This document shows positions 38,192 through 47,497 of a DNA stretch of 64,000 nucleotides, piece after piece. The notes under the pieces are model-generated. The model had not been told where the DNA came from and searched no databases. It was given only the letters and a program-made list of their open reading frames with translations. A program made the translations under genes and the position numbers. Each line of letters opens with the position of its first letter. Position 1 is the first letter of the stretch. The DNA lies in IMG/VR virus record IMGVR_UViG_3300042914_002678; one strand, written 5' to 3'. This DNA comes from a virus (taxonomy: Duplodnaviria > Caudoviricetes).

Positions 38192-39128
38192 AGTGCATAA
38201 TATAGTAGATTGCTTTCCATACTTTAATGAAAAGGAATTATTAGAATTGAGAATTAATCTCTTAAAAGATTATGTAGATAAATTTGTCATAGTTGACGCT
38301 AATTATACTCATAGTGGTAATAAAAAAGAGTATACTTTAAAAAAAACAATATCAGAATTAAAATTACCATCTGAAAAAATAGAAGTAATAGAAGTAGACT
38401 TATCTGAAGAATGTTTGCCAGATTGTGATTTTTACGATGAACATTTTTTAAATACAAGTCAAAAAACTTCAAGAGAAAGATTTCAAAGAGACGTAATATC
38501 TAAATGTTTAGATACAAATAATTTTTCAGAAGAAACTATTTTTATAATTAGTGATTGTGATGAAATTATAAATCCAAAATATATTGATACTTACAAAAAA
38601 GCATGTTATGATAATCCTCAGTTCATTTTTAAAGCAGATTTAGTATATTTGGAAGGTAAGTGTAATTGCAGGTTATATTGTTCAGATTCTCCGGATATTC
38701 CCGCTGAGTGGAGATATTCATTATTTTTCTGCAATAAGAATCAACTTAAAAATATGAGTTTAAGTGCGATTCGTGGTGGTGTATACGATTATCTTATTAG
38801 GTGGGTTTATTCTGGTGATGATAGAATTAAAGACGTTGGTTGGCATTTTTCTTGGATGGGATCAAATCAAAATAGAATATTAAAGTCAAAATCTTTTTGC
38901 CATTATAATCAGGAAATCGATACTTTAAAATATAGTAACTATTCAAACGTTGAAATGGAAAACTTTTTGTTAGAATATAATTTTAGTGAAGGTGAAATAT
39001 GCCCTAGTGGAAATATTGGTATGATTATCAAACAATATCCACTAGAAAATTTACCTCAGATTATATTTGATCTTCCCAGAGTTAAACAATTTCTCTTACC
39101 CCAACTAGCATATAATGGAACGAATTGA
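38181..39128 (+). CDS. Glycosyltransferase family 17-like (beta-1,4-GlcNAc transferase)
   Basis: DCFPYFNEKELLELRI, FVIVDANYTHSG, ISDCDEI, GWHFSW. Confidence 0.8.
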   Translation: MGHKVHNIVDCFPYFNEKELLELRINLLKDYVDKFVIVDANYTHSGNKKEYTLKKTISELKLPSEKIEVIEVDLSEECLPDCDFYDEHFLNTSQKTSRERFQRDVISKCLDTNNFSEETIFIISDCDEIINPKYIDTYKKACYDNPQFIFKADLVYLEGKCNCRLYCSDSPDIPAEWRYSLFFCNKNQLKNMSLSAIRGGVYDYLIRWVYSGDDRIKDVGWHFSWMGSNQNRILKSKSFCHYNQEIDTLKYSNYSNVEMENFLLEYNFSEGEICPSGNIGMIIKQYPLENLPQIIFDLPRVKQFLLPQLAYNGTN

Positions 39129-40494
39129 GACAACTATTCTCAGAAATTTAGTATTTAATGAAGATTACTCACGCAAAGTTATTCCTTTCATACAACCAGA
39201 TTATTTTGAGCAAAAGACCGAAAAGGTCATTTTTGAAGAGATTGTTCAATTCATTGTTAAGTATGGTTCGGCAATCACCATTGAAGCACTCAATATTGAG
39301 GTAGAAAATCGAACTGATTTAACCGAAGATCAGATTAAAGAAATCAGAGATATTAATGGTTCTTTAAATGATAATCTAGTTGATAAGCAATGGTTACTTG
39401 ATACTACCGAAAAGTGGTGTCGTGATCGTGCTATTTACCTGGCACTTATGGAATCTATCCATATTGCCGATGGAAATAATGATAAAAAGAATCGTGATGC
39501 GATTCCAAACATTCTTTCCGATGCTCTTGCAGTATCTTTTGATAATAATATTGGGCACGATTATTTAAATAACTATGAGGAACGATATGAGTTTTACCAC
39601 AGAAAAGAAGACAAAATTGAATTTGATCTCGAATACTTTAACAAAATCACAAAAGGTGGTCTCCCTAACAAAACTCTTAACATCGCTCTTGCTGGTACGG
39701 GCGTCGGGAAAAGTTTATTCATGTGCCATGTGGCTAGCTCCGTCTTGCTCCAAGGACGGAACGTTCTGTACATTACGTTGGAAATGGCAGAAGAACGCAT
39801 TGCTGAAAGAATTGACGCAAACCTTTTGAATGTGCCAATTCAACAATTAATTGATCTTCCGCGTTCAACATTTGAAAATAAAGTAAATGGTATTGTAAAA
39901 AAGACACAGGGATCTTTAATTATTAAGGAATATCCAACCGCTTCTGCACATTCTGGTCACTTCAAGGCACTTCTCAATGAACTTGCTCTTAAGAAATCAT
40001 TTCAACCTGATATTATTTTCATTGATTACCTCAATATTTGTGCTTCCAGTAGGCATAAGGCAAATAGTTCTATCAATTCTTATTCGTACATTAAGTCAAT
40101 TGCAGAAGAGTTACGTGGATTGGCAGTGGAATTCAATGTTCCCATTGTCTCTGCTACCCAGACCACTAGGAGTGGATTTGGTTCATCTGATCCAGAATTA
40201 ACTGATACAAGTGAGTCATTCGGTCTCCCTGCCACTGCTGATCTTATGTTTGCTCTTATTAGCACCGAAGAGTTGGAGCAATTGGGACAGATTATGGTGA
40301 AACAACTGAAAAACCGATATTCTTCAACTGATAAATATAAGAGGTTCGTGTTAGGAATTGATAGAGCAAAAATGCGTCTTTATGATTGTGAGCAAACCGC
40401 TCAGAAGGATATTTTAGATTCTGGTAAAGATAAAGATTTTGTTTATGACGATGAACCAAAAATAAAAAAATCATTTGATGGATTTAAATTCTAA
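39115..40494 (+). CDS. gp41: Replicative DNA helicase
   Basis: LAGTGVGKS, YITLEM, IFIDYLN, SATQTTRSG, KQLKNRY. Confidence 0.97.
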   Translation: MERIETTILRNLVFNEDYSRKVIPFIQPDYFEQKTEKVIFEEIVQFIVKYGSAITIEALNIEVENRTDLTEDQIKEIRDINGSLNDNLVDKQWLLDTTEKWCRDRAIYLALMESIHIADGNNDKKNRDAIPNILSDALAVSFDNNIGHDYLNNYEERYEFYHRKEDKIEFDLEYFNKITKGGLPNKTLNIALAGTGVGKSLFMCHVASSVLLQGRNVLYITLEMAEERIAERIDANLLNVPIQQLIDLPRSTFENKVNGIVKKTQGSLIIKEYPTASAHSGHFKALLNELALKKSFQPDIIFIDYLNICASSRHKANSSINSYSYIKSIAEELRGLAVEFNVPIVSATQTTRSGFGSSDPELTDTSESFGLPATADLMFALISTEELEQLGQIMVKQLKNRYSSTDKYKRFVLGIDRAKMRLYDCEQTAQKDILDSGKDKDFVYDDEPKIKKSFDGFKF

Positions 40495-41213
40495 TGGCAA
40501 TTATTTACTGTATTCATAGTTTATCTACTGGTAAAAAATACATAGGGCAAACTATTGAAAAAATGCAGAGAAGAGTTTTGCGTCATTTTAGAACTATAAA
40601 TGAAACTAAAATTAGCAGGGAAATTCAAAAATATAGTAAATATGATTTTGTTTATGGTGTAGTTGAAGAAATAGAAGATAAAAATTTATTAGATGAAAGA
40701 GAACAATATTGGATAAAATATTATGATTCTATAGATAATGGATTTAATATTAAAGAAGGTGGTAAATGTGCAAGAGGATTTAAACAATCTAAAAGTTCTA
40801 TAGAAAAAAGAAGAAAAAAATTAATTGGAAGACCTTTGAGCGAGGAGCATAAGCAAAAGTTAAGTAAAGCACATAAAGGAAAAGTTTTATCAAGAGAAAC
40901 AGTTGATAAAATGATCGCATATAGAACTGGTAGAAAACTTACTAAAAGTTGTAAAGAAAAAATTTCTCAATCACATTCAAAAAATACTTACGAATTAAAA
41001 AAAGAAGATGGAACTATTTTGGTAATTAAAAATCTAGCAAAATTTTGTAGAGATAACAATTTTTCCCAAAGTTATTTTAGTCGTATTTTGAGAGGAGAAA
41101 GAAAAACTTATAAGGGATGGACTATCAAGATACTTGACAGTGGGCAGGATGATGAGTATAATGATTATGAAGACAAGAAACCTAAAAAATCGTTTGAAGG
41201 ATTTAAATTTTAA
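40494..41213 (+). mobile_element. GIY-YIG homing endonuclease with NUMOD3-like repeats, fused to the former gp41 C-terminus
   Basis: IIYCI...KKYIGQT, EREQYWI, SEEHKQKLSKAH; ends ILDSGQDDEYNDYEDKKPKKSFEGFKF. Confidence 0.9.
41134..41162 (+). promoter_or_regulatory. Consensus sigma70 promoter upstream of mazG, inside the duplicated gp41 tail
   Basis: TTGACA-N17-TATAAT. Confidence 0.8.
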
Positions 41214-41629
41214 TGGAAACTGCTAAACACGTTAATTTTGATAAGTATGCTGAGTTTGTGGATGCCGTAACTTCTGACGCATCCAAAGACTTTCTTGCTC
41301 TTTCTGACCGTTTGGTTGAACTGGATGAAAAGGGTGCAAATATTGAACGACTTCTGACTGCCTCTGTTGGCATTAATGCTGAAGGTGGTGAGTTTATGGA
41401 GATTGTGAAGAAAATGATCTTCCAAGGTAAACCCTATAACGAAGACAACCGCGAGCACCTGATTATTGAACTGGGTGATATTATGTGGTACGTTGCTCAG
41501 GCATGTATGGCACTTGGTGTTAGTATTGATGATGTAGTTGCTCGTAATGTACAAAAACTTCTCAAGCGTTATCCTGAAGGTGCGTTTGATGTTTATTTCT
41601 CCGAAAACCGTGCTGCTGATGATCGATGA
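41213..41629 (+). CDS. mazG: MazG-like nucleotide pyrophosphohydrolase
   Basis: GINAEGGEFMEIVKK, ELGDIMWY, KLLKRYP. Confidence 0.92.
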   Translation: METAKHVNFDKYAEFVDAVTSDASKDFLALSDRLVELDEKGANIERLLTASVGINAEGGEFMEIVKKMIFQGKPYNEDNREHLIIELGDIMWYVAQACMALGVSIDDVVARNVQKLLKRYPEGAFDVYFSENRAADDR

Positions 41630-41811
41630 CTAAACAAAAACAAGTGACAATTAAAATGGATCTTTCTACTGCTGGAGCAGTACGTCAAGTTCTTTTTGAT
41701 TCTCAAAAAGGATATAGTGACGAGTATACCCCAGAAAGAATTTTAAATATTCGCACAGTAATTGCGGAAATTGATTGCAATTTTGCTCATATTATGGGTG
41801 TTGATGTGTGA
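41626..41811 (+). CDS. Hypothetical protein
   Basis: ATGA-coupled ORF followed by an accc-TTCG-gggt hairpin. Confidence 0.6.
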   Translation: MTKQKQVTIKMDLSTAGAVRQVLFDSQKGYSDEYTPERILNIRTVIAEIDCNFAHIMGVDV

Positions 41812-41828
41812 CCCTTCGGGGTTTTACT

Positions 41829-41899
41829 GGGGAATTAGTTAAACGGTATAACGGGTGCTTTGCAAGCACTTATTAGGAGTTCGATTCTCCTATTCTCCA
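41829..41899 (+). tRNA. tRNA-Ala(UGC)
   Basis: Acceptor ggggaat/attctcc with G3:U70, anticodon loop tt-TGC-aa, TTCGA T-loop. Confidence 0.9.
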
Positions 41900-41902
41900 T
41901 TT

Positions 41903-41975
41903 GCCCGTGTACTCCAACGGTAGAGAGGGTGGACTTAGAATCCATACAGTGGAAGTTCAAATCTTCTCACGGGCA
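41903..41975 (+). tRNA. tRNA-Leu(UAG) with a short variable loop
   Basis: Acceptor gcccgtg/cacgggc, anticodon ct-TAG-aa, TTCAAAT T-loop, A73. Confidence 0.85.
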
Positions 41976-41991
41976 CTAAATAAAAATAAAA

Positions 41992-43233
41992 ATGGCAAGT
42001 TACGGAGTTGATAATTGGAATAGAAATTGGAAAGGTAGTGATCACCAATCTACTGTGAAAAAATCATCTTCTGCTTACTATAGAAAAAATAAAAATAATA
42101 CTTTTTCTAGAATTGGCAATTTAAATGAAGGAACTCAAATAACTTATATTGATTCTGAAACTAAATCTCATACTAGAGCGGCAATTAAGTTACCTAATAG
42201 AGACGACATTTATTATATTAATATTGATAATTTAATAAAACCTAAGAAAACTGATAGGTCTTATATTTCTTTAAATCCAGGTTCTTTTGGATTAGAAAGT
42301 CAAACTTATGCTTCTGCCACAACTTATTACAATTCAGTTATAAATTCGTTGAATTTGAGAAATGATATTGACGGAGAGTTGTTTGATTATCTACACCAAC
42401 TTTTAAACTATGTAAAAACAGGATCTCATGATTATGAAGGCATTAAGATGACTGGATTCCCTTGGGGACCGTTAATGAAAGATTTTGGAGAGGTACTCGG
42501 ACCTATAGCTTGTGTGAAAAGAGGAATATTAAATCAAATAGTACCAACAGTAGGACTTACTTCACCTAAAATTTATATTCCGTCTTCTGGACAATCAGTT
42601 TATGATTATAAACTCATAATTGGAACAACAGAACATTTAATATCCGCTAAATCGGGAAAAGGAGTTTCTAATCAAGTTAAACCGCAGTATGTAATTCCTG
42701 TAGTTCAAGATAATTTATCAAGTGCTTTATTAATGTCTGAATCTTATAAATTATTGAAAATATTATCAAATTATAGTATTAAGCAAGGTCCTTTTTATGG
42801 ATGGCAACTTCTACAAACTAGAGTTGAATTGACTAATGCTGCAATTTCAGATATGGAAACAAATTATGCTCCTAGAAATAAAAAAGGATCGAGTATAATA
42901 GTCGATTATGAATCTTGGAAACCATTTTTAAAAAGATATTTTTCTGGAAGAAAAAGAGTTACATATGGACAAGTTAGGTATAAATGTGAACAGTTAATTG
43001 AAAGTGAATCTAAAGTTGGTATGTTAAATCAAAATCTTAGAAAAATATTTAATGTGTATTTGAATGAATCGAGAATAATTTATGTTAAGACTACTATAAA
43101 TGCCAGAACAGGAATTCCAACTATTACCGCATCTTCTGGTGGAGGATCTTCTGCTGTAAGGAGACTTTATTTAAGATCATCAAATAGTTCTCCGACAAGA
43201 ACTGGTGATAAAATGGGATTTCAGATTAGTTAA
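41992..43233 (+). CDS. Hypothetical protein, possible SH3-like N-terminus and PD-(D/E)xK-like nuclease domain
   Basis: FGEVLGP, YDY...ISAKS; CTAAATA at 41976-41982. Confidence 0.5.
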   Translation: MASYGVDNWNRNWKGSDHQSTVKKSSSAYYRKNKNNTFSRIGNLNEGTQITYIDSETKSHTRAAIKLPNRDDIYYINIDNLIKPKKTDRSYISLNPGSFGLESQTYASATTYYNSVINSLNLRNDIDGELFDYLHQLLNYVKTGSHDYEGIKMTGFPWGPLMKDFGEVLGPIACVKRGILNQIVPTVGLTSPKIYIPSSGQSVYDYKLIIGTTEHLISAKSGKGVSNQVKPQYVIPVVQDNLSSALLMSESYKLLKILSNYSIKQGPFYGWQLLQTRVELTNAAISDMETNYAPRNKKGSSIIVDYESWKPFLKRYFSGRKRVTYGQVRYKCEQLIESESKVGMLNQNLRKIFNVYLNESRIIYVKTTINARTGIPTITASSGGGSSAVRRLYLRSSNSSPTRTGDKMGFQIS

Positions 43234-43235
43234 TT

Positions 43236-43466
43236 ATGAACTCTATTATTTTAGATATTATCAAAACATTTGAGAGTAAATCAAAAAATACAAACTCTAG
43301 ATATAAAGACTTTTTATTATATGTTAATGATACTTTTGAAGATAAAATTAATTCTTGTAGGATAGAAAAGTCAAAGAATAAATATAAAAAGATCAAATTA
43401 AATGTTCTGAGATACATAGCAGTAAACGAAAAGGAAATAATCTCTAAAATCTGTAAAAATAAGTAA
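43236..43466 (+). CDS. Hypothetical protein
   Basis: Coupled ORF. Confidence 0.6.
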   Translation: MNSIILDIIKTFESKSKNTNSRYKDFLLYVNDTFEDKINSCRIEKSKNKYKKIKLNVLRYIAVNEKEIISKICKNK

Positions 43467-44770
43467 TGAAAAAATTTTTTCAATTTTTATCCGAAGCACA
43501 AGAATCTAAAGCGATTCAACAGGCTAAACGTATGGGTTTGGATACAGACCAACATGGTGGTTGGTATAAAAATGGAGAATTCGTAGCAAAAACGGTAAAT
43601 GGCGAATTAAAGTTTTATAACAAACGCCAGAAAGTAGGAGAGAAAGATTCTCCACAATCAGAAAAAGAAAAAAATCTTTCTTATTTTTCAACCGATTCGT
43701 CTAACTCTCAAGTTCAGCAACAATCTACTCAGGGATCCTCTCCAGAACAAACAACAGTTCCTCAAGAGACAACTCCAACAAATTATCTTCCTGTAGAAAA
43801 AACAAAAGGAACTCTAACCATTGCATACGGAAGATTTAATCCTCCTCATGCTGGTCATCTTCAATTAATGGATACTGCTGCTAGTTCGGCAGAATCTGAG
43901 GGTAGTGATTATGTAATTGTTCCTTCAAGAACTCAGGACAAAAATAAAGATCCATTGGATGTGGATACAAAAGTATCAATAATGAGAAAAATGTTTCCAC
44001 AGCATAGTGAGAGAATAGTAAATGATTCAAATACAAGTACTATTTTTGATGTTCTTAAAAAAGCACATAATGACGGATATGCAAATGTAAGAATTATTGG
44101 TGGACCTAATAGAGTAAAAGAATTTGAAAAATTGACTAATGGTTATAATGGTAATCTTTATCAATTTGATACTATAGAAGTAATGCCAATTGGTGAAAAG
44201 GACGCAGATTCTGATAAAGCTGAAGACTTTTCTGCTTCAAGAATGAGACTTGCTGCTGCAGAAAATGACTTTAAAACTTTTCGCTCTGGAATGCCTGCAG
44301 AAATGAGACCAAAAGAAATTCGTGATATTTTTAATACTGTTCGTCAATCAATGGGAATTCAAGACGAGGTTGTTGAAGTTTGGAAAATAGCACCAAAACT
44401 TGACTGGAAAAATCTTAGAGAAAATTATATTCATGAAAGAATATATCAAGTAGGTGAATTAGTTGAAAATTTAAATACGGGATTGGTTGGAAAAATTATT
44501 CGCAGAGGAACTAATTATCTTATTTGTGTAACTGAAGATAACATTATGTTTAAGTCTTGGATTAAAGATGTAAAGGAATCTTATCAAGAAAAATCTGTAA
44601 ATAGTAAAATGAGACTTCCTGGAAAACCAAATACATTAGTTGGTACAGTTGGATATTTAAAATACGTCGCACAACAAACACCTGGTTCAGAACTTGATAA
44701 AGAAAATTTAGCTTTTGGTCAAAAGAATTTTGGATTGAATTTCATAAATAAGTATAGGAAAAGTAAGTAA
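43466..44770 (+). CDS. Cytidylyltransferase-superfamily (HxGH) nucleotidyltransferase
   Basis: YGRFNPPHAGH, SASRMR; N-terminus MKKFFQFLSEA. Confidence 0.88.
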   Translation: MKKFFQFLSEAQESKAIQQAKRMGLDTDQHGGWYKNGEFVAKTVNGELKFYNKRQKVGEKDSPQSEKEKNLSYFSTDSSNSQVQQQSTQGSSPEQTTVPQETTPTNYLPVEKTKGTLTIAYGRFNPPHAGHLQLMDTAASSAESEGSDYVIVPSRTQDKNKDPLDVDTKVSIMRKMFPQHSERIVNDSNTSTIFDVLKKAHNDGYANVRIIGGPNRVKEFEKLTNGYNGNLYQFDTIEVMPIGEKDADSDKAEDFSASRMRLAAAENDFKTFRSGMPAEMRPKEIRDIFNTVRQSMGIQDEVVEVWKIAPKLDWKNLRENYIHERIYQVGELVENLNTGLVGKIIRRGTNYLICVTEDNIMFKSWIKDVKESYQEKSVNSKMRLPGKPNTLVGTVGYLKYVAQQTPGSELDKENLAFGQKNFGLNFINKYRKSK

Positions 44771-44786
44771 TTAAAAAAATCTCCCA

Positions 44787-46136
44787 ATGAATAAGAAATT
44801 TTTTGAGGAAAATGAAAGAGTTGCTCCTCATCGCGGTCATGCCGCTGGCGACAGTGATATTGAAAAGGCAGCATCACAACTTGTTTCTGATGTAAAATAT
44901 AAAGTTAAAAAGGAATTAGGTCCAAACACCAATTTAAATCCTGCTCAAGTTGCTCAAAAATATCAGCAAAAACTTAAGTCATCTCCTGCACCTTCTGCAG
45001 TTAAGGCAATTGCAATAAAAAAACTTATGCCTCAACCAACAGTATCTGCAGAACAGTTTGAAGTCAGCGATATTGTAAAGGAATCATTACTTGTGGCTCT
45101 CAATAAAGTTTTTGTTGAAGGTGTTACTAATGAAGAGGTTGACGTTGAGAATGAATATCTACAAGAACTTTACACTAAAGTAAATAAGGAAGGTGAAAGA
45201 CTGTATCATATTAGAGTAACTGATAAGAAAACTGGAAATACCTATACTCGCGATGCAACTCGTTCGAAAATTTCAGAACTTCGTGCAAATCCAAATATTT
45301 CTTCTGTTGAAATGACAGAATATGATAGGGATTCTGATGAAGAAAAGACAAAAGGTGAAAATACTGCAAAAGTTAAGTCTGGTAAAGGATTGAAGAATGA
45401 CGGAAATCTTGCCAATAATTATCCCCCATATAACAGAGTAACTCGTGGTGATGTTATTGCTGGAGCCACTGGTAATGATCAAATGGGTGGTAAAAAAAAA
45501 GTTCGTAAAGAAGCATTTGAATATCTCTTTGAAGTAGAGGGAAAAACTAAAAAAGATAGAATAATTGATATAAAAAAAGATAATAAAAGTTGTGTTACTG
45601 TTGGTCCAGAAGTAAGTGAAGAAACTGTTCTTGAAATGTCAGTAAGCGTTAATCAACAGCAAGCAGCTGGTGCAGCTCTTTCTGCAAAAAGAGGTAAAAC
45701 AGACCCTTCAAAATTAAAAGGCGCTGCCCGTGAAATGTATGATTCCATGACAGAAAAACAACTTCGTGATTTTGCATCAACATCACATGAAGGTCTTCCA
45801 GAAAAGGTTCAAAAAGAATCCGCAGAATGTGGATGTGATGATCAGAAAAAAGAAGATACAAGACCTTTGAAAACAAAAATTAATCTTGTAAAAAATGCTT
45901 TAAGGGCAAGAGGTCTTAACATGTCTTATGAACCGGAAGGTGAATTAGTTTATGAAGGTGATGAGGACACTAATAATAATAGAGCAAGAGAAGCAGGTGA
46001 TTGGAGATCAAGAAGTCAAAGGCCAGTAAGACGTAGACCTTCAGTGTCAGATGATCCAAGATATGGATCTATGTCTGATTCAGACTGGGCAAGATCATCA
46101 CACAATCCAGCAAACAAAAGACGTAGATACAGATAA
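44787..46136 (+). CDS. Modular probable virion protein with a DUF3008-like segment
   Basis: QQQAAGAALSAKRG...LKGAAREMYDSMTEKQLRDFAST; MSYEPEGE linker. Confidence 0.7.
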   Translation: MNKKFFEENERVAPHRGHAAGDSDIEKAASQLVSDVKYKVKKELGPNTNLNPAQVAQKYQQKLKSSPAPSAVKAIAIKKLMPQPTVSAEQFEVSDIVKESLLVALNKVFVEGVTNEEVDVENEYLQELYTKVNKEGERLYHIRVTDKKTGNTYTRDATRSKISELRANPNISSVEMTEYDRDSDEEKTKGENTAKVKSGKGLKNDGNLANNYPPYNRVTRGDVIAGATGNDQMGGKKKVRKEAFEYLFEVEGKTKKDRIIDIKKDNKSCVTVGPEVSEETVLEMSVSVNQQQAAGAALSAKRGKTDPSKLKGAAREMYDSMTEKQLRDFASTSHEGLPEKVQKESAECGCDDQKKEDTRPLKTKINLVKNALRARGLNMSYEPEGELVYEGDEDTNNNRAREAGDWRSRSQRPVRRRPSVSDDPRYGSMSDSDWARSSHNPANKRRRYR

Positions 46137-46169
46137 ATAGGACAGGATACTCTCTATACGGAGGTCATC

Positions 46170-46343
46170 ATGGGCGCAGTAGTAGCAGTGGTAAAACCAC
46201 TTCTTATTCAAATTGCAACACATCCGGCGGTTAAGAACTTAGTTCTTGAGTTGCTTGCCAAGTATGTTAAGTCAACGGACAATAGCATTGATGATGTTGT
46301 TTATGAATTGGTTAAGGATAACCTCTTTAAACCACAAACATGA
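46170..46343 (+). CDS. Small hypothetical protein (57 aa)
   Basis: Read by hand: MGAVVAVVKPLLIQ...STDNSIDD; GGAGG RBS. Confidence 0.7.
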   Translation: MGAVVAVVKPLLIQIATHPAVKNLVLELLAKYVKSTDNSIDDVVYELVKDNLFKPQT

Positions 46344-46504
46344 TTACTTGTTTTGTAACTAATTGGGGAGTAACCATTGTTCTCGGTCTATTACTAACTG
46401 CCTCTGAGTGGTTGGCAAAAACAAAAAGATTTGAAGAAAATGGATTACTAGATTTAACAACACATTTTTTAAGAGTTGTTTTACGCAAAGGAGACAAAAA
46501 GTAA
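46340..46504 (+). CDS. Small membrane protein (54 aa), holin-like
   Basis: Read by hand: WGVTIVLGLLLTASEWL; ATGA coupling. Confidence 0.55.
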   Translation: MITCFVTNWGVTIVLGLLLTASEWLAKTKRFEENGLLDLTTHFLRVVLRKGDKK

Positions 46505-46526
46505 AGGTCTCCTTTTTTTATAAATA
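46490..46526 (+). terminator. Terminator-like hairpin fused to a late promoter (TATAAATA 46519-46526)
   Basis: ggagac...gtctcc, T-run, ataaata. Confidence 0.6.
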
Positions 46527-46555
46527 TCAATATAAAGAAATTATAGGTAGAAAAC

Positions 46556-47116
46556 ATGTCTCTTTGGGGCAATAAAGATTCTTTAAGCACGGGTCTTACT
46601 GGAACTATAACAATCAATCTTGCTACGGAAACGGTAACCGGTAGTGGCACAACTTTTGTAACCGCTGGTATTTCTACCGGAGATATTCTTGTAATTGGTA
46701 TTGGAGCTACTTACGGTCAAGCAGTAATTAGTGGAATAACTTCTGCTACTATACTATCAATTGGTTCAACCCAATTCATCACCGGAATAGGAACCGTTGG
46801 TTTTGGAGCAACTGTTGGAGTTGCTTACACTATAACTCAAAAACCAAAATATACTTTAGAAGATGGTCAGTATTTTGCACCAGATGTAAAATCAAATAGA
46901 TTTTCTGCGGTATTTGGTGTAGATACCACCGAGCAAGCAGTTGCAAATGCAGCAGCAGGTAATGCACGTAAGTATGCACCTGCTCATGCTGGATGGGTTG
47001 GAGTTACAACTTATAATGATATGCACGGAAATCTGAGAGTTAAGACAGAAACTCTTGTTGCTGGAAGTATGATTACTGGTGACGCTGCTGACGACTCTAG
47101 ATATCCAGATAGTTGA
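46556..47116 (+). CDS. Probable virion structural protein
   Basis: MSLWG start, Thr/Gly-rich, HAGWVG...RVKTETLVA; late promoter. Confidence 0.7.
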   Translation: MSLWGNKDSLSTGLTGTITINLATETVTGSGTTFVTAGISTGDILVIGIGATYGQAVISGITSATILSIGSTQFITGIGTVGFGATVGVAYTITQKPKYTLEDGQYFAPDVKSNRFSAVFGVDTTEQAVANAAAGNARKYAPAHAGWVGVTTYNDMHGNLRVKTETLVAGSMITGDAADDSRYPDS

Positions 47117-47122
47117 TAATAT

Positions 47123-47497
47123 ATGAGATTTGATGAATTGAATGAGAGCAATTATATGCTCTTTGCGATAAAATTCTATGATAATCCTCAGTCTGTTACT
47201 AGGGAAGATTTTGAAGACGACTTGAAAAGAATTAAGTATGTAAAAAGATTGATAAAAAGATATAAAAATACTGGCGTTCTAAAGTCCCATTTAATTCTTA
47301 ACCATTTAATTGTTTTATTTAATGTTTTTAATGAAGCTACTATTCCATTACTGTTTTATAATTTAGAAAAAGATTTGTGGTCAATCATAAAAAGTTTTTT
47401 AATATTTTTAAATAGGATTCCAGAATATCCTATTAGTCGAGATATTAATAATATTGAATATGATGAAAATTGTTTAAAACAACTACAAGAAATTTAA
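47123..47497 (+). CDS. Conserved T4-like hypothetical protein
   Basis: FAIKFYDNP...EDDLKRIKYVKRL...LILNHLIVLFNVF. Confidence 0.75.
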   Translation: MRFDELNESNYMLFAIKFYDNPQSVTREDFEDDLKRIKYVKRLIKRYKNTGVLKSHLILNHLIVLFNVFNEATIPLLFYNLEKDLWSIIKSFLIFLNRIPEYPISRDINNIEYDENCLKQLQEI

